DNA of 64,000 bases, taken from the NCBI GenBank assembly GCA_964637575.1, contig CAZWVU010000002.1, forward strand, positions 82,824 through 146,823. Direction: 5' to 3'. A program made the position numbers and the translations under genes. The stretch is from an uncultured Candidatus Saccharibacteria bacterium. GTDB taxonomy: Bacteria; Patescibacteriota; Minisyncoccia; UBA6257; WO2-44-18. The notes below the pieces were generated by a model. That model was given only the letters and a program-made list of their open reading frames with translations, did not search any database and was not told the origin of the DNA. This document shows positions 57,108-64,000 of the stretch, one piece after another; positions within the stretch are counted from its first letter, which is position 1, and every line of letters begins with the position of its first letter.

Positions 57108-58301
57108 GTGAAAGAGAAGAAGAAAGCCCTGCGCGACGGCACGCGTCTGCTTCATGACGGCTCCTATGAGCCCGCCGCGTTCGGCGGCCATCTGAACACG
57201 CCTCTTTTTCTGGACGTAGCGCCGGTGATGCCGAGTATGGAAGAAGCCTGCCGGCGTTTCGAATCGGCGGAGCGGGGCGTCACCTACATGCGCAAAGGCC
57301 ATGTCAACGCCCGAGTCCTCGAACAAAAACTGGCGGCCATGGAAGGCGCTGAAGACGCGCTGGTCTTCTCGTCCGGAATGGCGGCGACCAACTGCCTGCT
57401 GCTCGACGTGGTGCCGCGGAATTTCCGGATCGTGTCCCAGCAGTGCGTCTATGGAGGCACGCTGGGTTTCCTCACCAAAGATCTGGTGGATGCCGGCCGG
57501 CATGTCTGGTTTGTGGAACATCCGCTGAATCATGACGAGTGGTGGAAAGCGATCCATCACGATCTGACCGCCGCCGTCTGGGTGGAGATGCCTTCGAATC
57601 CGCGGATCGATCTGGTTGAACTGGACGATATCGCGGCGATGTGCCGCGAACAGGGCGTTCTCCTGATCGTGGACAACACGTTCGCGCCGCTCTATTTCCC
57701 GCCGCTGCAACACGGTGCCGACATCGTCCTCCGCTCCTGCACGAAGTATGAAAATCCGGGTAACACCAGCATGCTCGGCGCGATCATGGGAACGCGCAAC
57801 GTGATCAGCAAAATCCGCAACGGACGCTATGAGCGCCTGGGCGCCCAGGCAAACCCGCTGGACTGCTGGCTCACTGAAGCCGGACTCCGCGTGCTCGACA
57901 TCCGGATGGAACGGCACTGCGGTAATGCGCTGAAAGTAGCCCGTTTCCTTGCCTCGCACCGCAGCGTGAAGTCGGTCAATTACCCCGGACTGGAAACTTC
58001 GCTGCATCACGCGCTCGCGCGGAAATACATGCCGAAGGGCTGCGGCGCCATTCTCTCCTTCGAAATGAACACCGAGCGCCAGGCCGTCAATTTCGTCCAA
58101 TCGCTCGAACTTTTCAGCCACGTCATCTCGCTCGGCGACGTCCGTTCGATCGTCACCTACCCCGCCAAGACGACCCATTCCAAGGCGCCGGCGGAAATGC
58201 GGGCGAAAATGGAAATTTCCGAAACCCTCATCCGTCTTTCGGTGGGCATTGAGGATCCGGACGACCTTATCGCCGATCTTCAGCAGGCGCTGAAACAGTA
58301 A
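57108..58301 (+). CDS. PLP-dependent trans-sulfuration enzyme (cystathionine gamma-synthase/lyase family)
   Basis: FSSGMAA, YGGT, EMPSNP, DNTFA, SCTKY (PLP Lys), SLGD, IRLSVGIE. Confidence 0.9.
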   Translation: MKEKKKALRDGTRLLHDGSYEPAAFGGHLNTPLFLDVAPVMPSMEEACRRFESAERGVTYMRKGHVNARVLEQKLAAMEGAEDALVFSSGMAATNCLLLDVVPRNFRIVSQQCVYGGTLGFLTKDLVDAGRHVWFVEHPLNHDEWWKAIHHDLTAAVWVEMPSNPRIDLVELDDIAAMCREQGVLLIVDNTFAPLYFPPLQHGADIVLRSCTKYENPGNTSMLGAIMGTRNVISKIRNGRYERLGAQANPLDCWLTEAGLRVLDIRMERHCGNALKVARFLASHRSVKSVNYPGLETSLHHALARKYMPKGCGAILSFEMNTERQAVNFVQSLELFSHVISLGDVRSIVTYPAKTTHSKAPAEMRAKMEISETLIRLSVGIEDPDDLIADLQQALKQ

Positions 58302-58308
58302 CGAAACC

Positions 58309-58339
58309 AAATCCCCCGGAGTATCCAGGGGATTTTTTT
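58309..58339 (+). terminator. Intrinsic terminator
   Basis: AAATCCCC..GGGGATTTTTTT. Confidence 0.7.
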
Positions 58340-58433
58340 ATTGCGCCGGCGTTCAACGCGCTAACTGGAAAATCCGGTTGGAAATTGATACTATGCTTAG
58401 TAGCACGTTGACCCGCAAGGGTTTGGAGGTTCT

Positions 58434-58949
58434 ATGGATTCCGAACCTGAAGAATCCGCGCCGACGTACGACCACCTGCAGCGATTGTACGACAACACGA
58501 TTGTACTTCTGATGACCGACAATCCCGATTCTGAAAATCTCAGCTGGGAAGATATCCTGATTGACGGATTCCTGGAAACTGCGACGGGAATGGATCCGGC
58601 GGAAATGCCGGCCGATGTCCATGAATTTCTCAAAGAATGGTCGCTGAAGCACGGGCATGTGTTCGCGTCGTCCCAGACACACGACGACGAACCGGCGGCT
58701 AACGAACAGGAAGTGGTGAAACGTCATGTGGAAAGCCACAGAAACACGCTCCGGCTTCTGGCTTCGCTCTTTGATTGGATCGCGGAAGAGGCGCCCAAAA
58801 GCATGCCGCCGCGCATCATTGAGTGCATCCTCCATATGTACAACGAACAGATGTCTTCCAACCGCGGCTGCATCGCCCACAAACTCTACGGCGCCGACGA
58901 AGACCTGGATGATCCGGAAGAAGAAGACACCGACGAAGAAATAACCTAA
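58434..58949 (+). CDS. Acidic hypothetical protein
   Basis: GGAGG upstream; terminator-like hairpin AACGACTC..GAGTCGTT-TTTT follows. Confidence 0.6.
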   Translation: MDSEPEESAPTYDHLQRLYDNTIVLLMTDNPDSENLSWEDILIDGFLETATGMDPAEMPADVHEFLKEWSLKHGHVFASSQTHDDEPAANEQEVVKRHVESHRNTLRLLASLFDWIAEEAPKSMPPRIIECILHMYNEQMSSNRGCIAHKLYGADEDLDDPEEEDTDEEIT

Positions 58950-59002
58950 ACGACTCGCATATGAGTCGTTTTTTTGTTGACCTGTTCCTGTATGCTTATG
59001 GT

Positions 59003-60115
59003 GTGAGAATTATTGCTCATCTCGATATGGACGCCTTCTTCGCTTCAATCGAAGAACGCGACCATCCGCGCTACCGCGGCAAACCGCTTGTCGTCGGCGC
59101 CGATCCGGAGGAAGGCCGCGGCCGCGGCATTGTCTCCACGGCAAATTACGCCGCCCGCAAATTCGGCATTCACTCCGCGATGCCTATTTCCACCGCCTGG
59201 CGGCTCGCGGAAAAAGCCCGGCTGGCTGGCGCGCCCCGGACAATCTTTGTCGGCGGCCATTACCGTAATTATTCCGCGACTTCCGCGCGCCTCATAGCTA
59301 TCGTCAGACACATTGTGCCGCTCGTGGAGCAGGCCAGCGTGGATGAGGCCTACCTCGATCTCAGCTTCGCCAAGACGTATGCGTGGGCAGAGAAAATCGC
59401 TTTGAAAATAAAGGTGGAGATCAAAAAGAAAGAAAAGTTGACCTGCTCCATCGGCATCGGCCCCAACAAACTGATCGCCAAAATTGCCGTAGGTATGCAC
59501 AAACCCGACGGCCTGACCGTCGTCCCCGAAAAAGACGCCGAAACATTTCTTGAACCGCTCCCGATCCGCACCATTCCCGGCGTCGGACCGAAAACAGAGA
59601 GCGTCTTCGGCGTCCGCGGTATTCGTACCGTCAAAGACCTCAAGCGTTTCAGCCGGTCCGAGCTTTCCGACTGGCTGGGCAAATGGGGCTACGTTCTCTA
59701 TGACCGGATCCGCGGGCGCGACGACTCGCCGGTTGTGGAAGAATACGAGGTGAAATCCATCGGCGAGCAGACCACGTTCCGGGAAGACACCCGGGACGCC
59801 AGTCTGGTCACCGAGGAAATGAAAGCCCTGTGCGCCAGCGTCATCCGGAGTTTTCTTCAGAGCGATTTCCGTTCGTTCCGCACCGTCAGCATCACCGTCC
59901 GGTTTGAGGACTTTGAAACCAAGACTCGCGCCCACACACTTTCCGAAACCAAGGATAAAATCGGCAATCTTTTCGAACAGCAGTCTCCGAAAAAACTCAC
60001 CGAGTTTCTCCAGTTTGAAGCGATGAAACTTCTTGCCCCATTTTTCGATACACGTGAAAATCCCCGGCGCAAAAAGATCCGGTTAGTGGGGGTAAGAATA
60101 GAAAAACTTGTCTGA
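59003..60115 (+). CDS. dinB: DNA polymerase IV (Y family)
   Basis: HLDMDAFFASIE, NYAARKFGI, SVDEAYLD, KPDG, GVG; start set at GTG 59003. Confidence 0.93.
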   Translation: MRIIAHLDMDAFFASIEERDHPRYRGKPLVVGADPEEGRGRGIVSTANYAARKFGIHSAMPISTAWRLAEKARLAGAPRTIFVGGHYRNYSATSARLIAIVRHIVPLVEQASVDEAYLDLSFAKTYAWAEKIALKIKVEIKKKEKLTCSIGIGPNKLIAKIAVGMHKPDGLTVVPEKDAETFLEPLPIRTIPGVGPKTESVFGVRGIRTVKDLKRFSRSELSDWLGKWGYVLYDRIRGRDDSPVVEEYEVKSIGEQTTFREDTRDASLVTEEMKALCASVIRSFLQSDFRSFRTVSITVRFEDFETKTRAHTLSETKDKIGNLFEQQSPKKLTEFLQFEAMKLLAPFFDTRENPRRKKIRLVGVRIEKLV

Positions 60116-60194
60116 TTTGGTATTATTAAACCTATCAACCAAAAAGGACGCCTGCTTGACATTTTAACCAAATTAATTTAATATTTCCCCTATC

Positions 60195-63185
60195 ATGACC
60201 AAATCCAAAAAGGTTCCGCAGCGATCGATTTCCCGAAAGGTCCAGGCAATTCTTACCGGTACCGCCATTCTTTTTCAATTGGCATTGCCGGTTTTTTCAT
60301 TCGCGACCACGCCCGTAACGCTTTTCAGCGACGGATTTGAATCCAACGACTTCAGCCATTGGACGTCCGCGGACAACACCGGCTCGGCGGGCAAATGGGA
60401 CGTGCTCGGCGGCGATGTTCACGCCGGCAGTAAGAAAGCCGAAATGAAAGGCAGCACCAGCAGCGACATGAGTATTGCCAAAACCCAGTCCACTGCTGGA
60501 TATGAAAACATCGTACTCTCCTACTGGTACAAAGTTGTTTCCGGCAAAGAGCTGGAATCCAACGATCATCTCTATGTTGAATGGTCCGTTAACGGCACGG
60601 GCTGGACTCAACTCACTGATTACTCCGCCGCGCCCTCCAGTTCTTCCTGGACGCAGGCCAGTTTCAGCTTGCCGGCCGGCACCGCCAACCAGAGCGGGTT
60701 CCGCTTCCGTTTCCGCGCCAATATGGACTCGGCCAACGACCTTGTACGTTTTGATGATGTGGCACTCACCGGCACCGCAATTGTGACGCCTCCCCCGGCC
60801 GTGACCGGTTCCATCTCCGGCATGAAGTTCGGCGATGCCAACGCCAATGGCGTCCAGGATAACGGCGAAGCCGGCCTTTCCGGCTGGACGATCACCTTGT
60901 CCGGTCCGGCGAGCGCCTCCGCTGTTACCAATGCGGGCGGAAATTATTCTTTCGCCTCCCTTGCCGACGGTACCTATACTGTTTGCGAAACAATGCAGTC
61001 CGGCTGGAGCCAGACTTTCCCGGCGAGCGGTGCTGCGTGCACAGGCGGCTTTGGGTATTCCGTCACGATCAGCGGCGGCAACACGGTGAGCGGCGAAAAT
61101 TTCGGCAACGTTCAGCACGGCCACCTGATCGTCACGAAAGTTACCGATCCGGCGAATGATGCCCAGCAGTTTTCCATTACCGCGACTGGCGACGGCACGG
61201 TCTTCAGCAACGCCACCCAGAATATTTCCGCCCTTTCCCCGGTTAATTACGAAGTTAATCCGGGAACCTATTCCGTGAGCGAAGCCGCAGTCTCGGGCTG
61301 GTCCAATACCGGCAATACCTGCGTGAATATCACGGTGGCGGCTGGTGCCACGGCGACCTGCACGATCACCAACACCAAGTTCGGCTCCATTTCCGTTATT
61401 AAAATCGCCGATCCTGCCCAGGGCACGTTCGGTTTCACTCTGACCGGCGGCGATTACTCCCAGACCCAGAGCGTGACGATCGGCCAGAACAGCAATACCA
61501 CGGTCTTTTCCAGCCTGATGCCCGGCGCCTACACCCTGACCGAAAGCTCCGTTCCGGAAGACTGGACGAATGCCAGCATGACAACCAACTGCGGCGGCAC
61601 GATCACCCTTTCCGCCGGCGGCAGCGTGACCTGCACGATCAATAACACCCAGTATGCCGTTATCACTGGCAAAAAGTTCAATGACCTGAACGCCAATGGT
61701 GTGAATGACAGCGAACCGGCACTTTCCGCCTGGACAATGACGCTCACCGGCACTGATGAAAACCAGAATCCGGTCAACAGCTCCGTCCAGACCGATGAGA
61801 ACGGCAATTACTCGTTCACCAGTCTGATGCCGGGCACCTATACCGTCTGCGAGCAGATGCAGGAGGGCTGGCACCAGTCCGCTCCCGCGAGCGGCGCCGA
61901 TTGCCAGGGTTCCAATGGTTACACGGTCACGGTAACCGCGGGCGCCACCGCCGGCAACAATGATTTCGGAAACTTCCAGGACAACGACGCCCCGGTAAGT
62001 TCCTTCAACGATCCGCTTGATCACAAAGTAATCAACACGGAGATTGTTTCGCTCAACTTGAGCGGCACCTCGGCCGACCAGGTTTCCGGCGTGCAAACCC
62101 TTGAGCTGACGGTTGCCGAAATCGGCGGCCCCGATTCCGTCGCGCAATATCCGTCCTCCAGCTTTTTCGACGTCTTCACGCCGCTTGATTGCGCGACCGC
62201 CCAGCCCGTCGCGACCGAACTCGTTTCGCTGACGCTGACGAACGGCGCCTGGAGCCACGACTGGACTCCCGCCGAATCTGGCCTCTATTGCTTCAGTTTG
62301 AAAGCGACTGACAAAGTCGGCAATGTTGAAACCAGCGTCTTCGCCGGACCGGTTGCCTATGTGCCGGTGGTGCAGATTTCCAATCAGAACGCCGGTACGC
62401 CGGGCGAAACTTCGTTCACCGTCACCTGGGACACCGACAAGCCGGCGACCAGCCGCGTAGTGTTCGACACGGTTCCCCACGCCACGCTCGGCACCCAGCC
62501 GAACTACGGCTATGCGCTTTCCAGCGTTGAATCCGATGTTGATCCGACGGTTATCAACCACTCCGTCACCCTCTCCGGCCTCACCTCCGGTACGACCTAC
62601 TACTATCGCGTGATCTCCCACGCCTCTCCGGAATCCGTAAGCTCCGAGGGCAGCTTCACGACCGCGACCCCGGCGCCTGCACCGGCTCCGGAGCAGCCGC
62701 CTGTGAATACCGATAATACTTCCGGTAGTGGTGGCACTTCTTCCAGCGGCGGATCCGGTTCCTCCGGCGGTGGCGGCAACGCGACCAATGATCCGAGCGT
62801 AAATAACGATCCGGGCAGCTTTATTCCGGGATGTTCTCCGAGCGGTTGCACGCTCGCGACCCAGGGCGGCAATTCCAATCAGGAAACGCCTGCTCCGAAT
62901 CCGACGTTAGCACTTGCCAACACGTCCGGCCCGGTTACCGGCGGCAATGAAGTCGGCAATTCCGGCGAAAACGCTGCACCTTCCAACGAAGTAGCGGCCG
63001 CGCCCGCCGGAAATGAAGCTCCGGCGGCCGAACAACCGGCGGCGCAAAACCCTGGCCTGCTCGCGGCGCTCGGCAGTCTTATCGGATTCGGCGGCAGTCC
63101 CTGGTCCAGCCTTCTTTTCTGGATCGTGGTGCTGCTTGCGATCTATCTGACCTACCGCCAATTCCGGAAAAAGAACAACCAATAA
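60195..63185 (+). CDS. Large surface protein with SdrD-B/SpaA-like Ig repeats, FN3-like domain, low-complexity stalk and C-terminal TM
   Basis: Repeats G.KF.D.NANGV.D..E..LS.WT.TL...GNYSF..L..GTYTVCE; YYYRVIS; G/S/P/A-rich linker; TM plus RKK. Confidence 0.85.
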   Translation: MTKSKKVPQRSISRKVQAILTGTAILFQLALPVFSFATTPVTLFSDGFESNDFSHWTSADNTGSAGKWDVLGGDVHAGSKKAEMKGSTSSDMSIAKTQSTAGYENIVLSYWYKVVSGKELESNDHLYVEWSVNGTGWTQLTDYSAAPSSSSWTQASFSLPAGTANQSGFRFRFRANMDSANDLVRFDDVALTGTAIVTPPPAVTGSISGMKFGDANANGVQDNGEAGLSGWTITLSGPASASAVTNAGGNYSFASLADGTYTVCETMQSGWSQTFPASGAACTGGFGYSVTISGGNTVSGENFGNVQHGHLIVTKVTDPANDAQQFSITATGDGTVFSNATQNISALSPVNYEVNPGTYSVSEAAVSGWSNTGNTCVNITVAAGATATCTITNTKFGSISVIKIADPAQGTFGFTLTGGDYSQTQSVTIGQNSNTTVFSSLMPGAYTLTESSVPEDWTNASMTTNCGGTITLSAGGSVTCTINNTQYAVITGKKFNDLNANGVNDSEPALSAWTMTLTGTDENQNPVNSSVQTDENGNYSFTSLMPGTYTVCEQMQEGWHQSAPASGADCQGSNGYTVTVTAGATAGNNDFGNFQDNDAPVSSFNDPLDHKVINTEIVSLNLSGTSADQVSGVQTLELTVAEIGGPDSVAQYPSSSFFDVFTPLDCATAQPVATELVSLTLTNGAWSHDWTPAESGLYCFSLKATDKVGNVETSVFAGPVAYVPVVQISNQNAGTPGETSFTVTWDTDKPATSRVVFDTVPHATLGTQPNYGYALSSVESDVDPTVINHSVTLSGLTSGTTYYYRVISHASPESVSSEGSFTTATPAPAPAPEQPPVNTDNTSGSGGTSSSGGSGSSGGGGNATNDPSVNNDPGSFIPGCSPSGCTLATQGGNSNQETPAPNPTLALANTSGPVTGGNEVGNSGENAAPSNEVAAAPAGNEAPAAEQPAAQNPGLLAALGSLIGFGGSPWSSLLFWIVVLLAIYLTYRQFRKKNNQ

Positions 63186-63200
63186 AAAAGGTTGCGCGAA

Positions 63201-63229
63201 AAAAAATCGCCCTCAACGGGGCGATTTTT
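63201..63229 (+). terminator. Intrinsic terminator
   Basis: AAAAATCGCCC..GGGCGATTTTT. Confidence 0.75.
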
Positions 63230-63246
63230 GCTGGTATAATAAAAGT

Positions 63247-63483
63247 ATGAATAAGACAACAACGGTGTTAATGATCCTTCTCCTCGTAATTATCGGCCTG
63301 GTCGCGCTGTACCTCATTTTCTATCCGCCCTTCGGCGACTCCAACCCTGCCAACACCACCTACACGCCCGGCACAAGCTACACTCCGCCGGCCAGCTCGC
63401 CTTCCACAGGCACCACGGTGAAGCCGCCTTACAACACCCAGACGCCCTCGGTTCCTTCCGGTCAGCCGAATCCTTACTACTAA
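63247..63483 (+). CDS. Small TM protein with Pro/Thr-rich tail
   Basis: TGGTATAAT extended -10 just upstream (near-leaderless). Confidence 0.65.
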   Translation: MNKTTTVLMILLLVIIGLVALYLIFYPPFGDSNPANTTYTPGTSYTPPASSPSTGTTVKPPYNTQTPSVPSGQPNPYY

Positions 63484-63779
63484 TCCCGGCGCTCTTTTTT
63501 CTCCTGACGTTCGCGGGCAATCCGTTCGATTTCCTCGTCGGTGAGGCCGTCGCGCAGGATCCGTTTCTTTTCCTCTTCCAACGCCGCGGCCCGCTCGTCT
63601 TCCTTCTGTTTGTGTTCCATCGCCCCCAAGACCCGCTTCTTCGCATATCTCCGCCGCTCCTCATCACTCATGAAATGCATTCCCGCCCAGCCTTCTTTCC
63701 GGGCTTCGTCCGACTCCTGGCGAAGCCGCTGTTCTTCCTCGTCAATTTTCTGCTCCAGCTCCTTCGGCTCTCGTTCCAT
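63480..63779 (-). CDS. Charged coiled-coil hypothetical protein
   Basis: ATG 63779 preceded by TGGTATAGT; E/K/R-rich. Confidence 0.6.
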   Translation of the reverse strand: MEREPKELEQKIDEEEQRLRQESDEARKEGWAGMHFMSDEERRRYAKKRVLGAMEHKQKEDERAAALEEEKKRILRDGLTDEEIERIARERQEKKERRD

Positions 63780-63808
63780 ATGTTCACTATACCAATAAAA
63801 AAGAAGGG

Positions 63809-64000
63809 TTATTCCCCTTCTTTGATCTTGTTGACCCGCCGGAACCATTCGTCATAGAGCTTCTGGTCTTCCGGCGAGAGATTCTTGCGCGGCCGGAAAA
63901 GCTCCACTTTGGCATCCAGCACATCCGGATTCTGGAGATTAATCCCGGCAGTCCATTTCACATCCCAGCCATGCCGGTGGATCTCATCTTCAATTTCCCG
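63809..64000 (-). CDS. Hypothetical protein, C-terminal part (truncated by window)
   Basis: Open frame REIEDEIHRHGWDVKW...KIKEGE, stop at 63809. Confidence 0.6.
   Translation of the reverse strand, partial: REIEDEIHRHGWDVKWTAGINLQNPDVLDAKVELFRPRKNLSPEDQKLYDEWFRRVNKIKEGE

Noticed and set aside
1-64000. Alternative genetic code (TGA = Gly)
   Set aside because: Conserved genes are full length under the standard code and several end in TGA (e.g. dinB, ATGA/TGATG overlaps).

Overview
Bacterial chromosomal DNA using the standard genetic code. It is most likely from a Patescibacteria/CPR (Parcubacteria-like) organism. That is an inference from a DUF5652-type membrane protein, many near-leaderless genes behind extended -10 promoters, tRNAs without encoded CCA, many glycosyltransferases and Ig-like surface proteins, and almost no central metabolism. 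Main protein-coding content: a FIST sensor, PAS histidine kinase and two receiver proteins; a copper-handling cluster; an AT-rich HEPN-like/DUF559 islet after tRNA-Gln; a DEAD-box helicase; bcp; an ABC-F ATPase; a pseudouridine synthase; an ABC exporter; obgE; VanW; ku-ligD; a GreA/B factor; two polysaccharide loci (duplicated atypical GT2s, and a hyaluronan-synthase-like GT2 with a dehydrogenase and deacetylases); a minimal class II aaRS-like/MazG-like fusion; SPFH; a minimal ATP-dependent DNA ligase; rsmE; a PLP trans-sulfuration enzyme; dinB; and large surface proteins. tRNA-Gln(TTG) and tRNA-Asn(GTT) are present. No rRNA, CRISPR array, integrase or transposase was seen. The most unusual signals are non-coding. 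A ~270-nt element at 55221-55489 has terminal inverted repeats and two exactly complementary 13-nt apical loops. A dispersed hairpin family has a fixed core but swapped, still-complementary arms, and two copies bracket the helicase gene as perfect 70-bp inverted repeats. A CCGCA-stem-GAGG module recurs in several unrelated intergenic elements. An apparently stand-alone ~150-nt RNA with its own promoter and terminator lies upstream of the aaRS-like gene. All family assignments come from motif recognition by eye; no searches were run.
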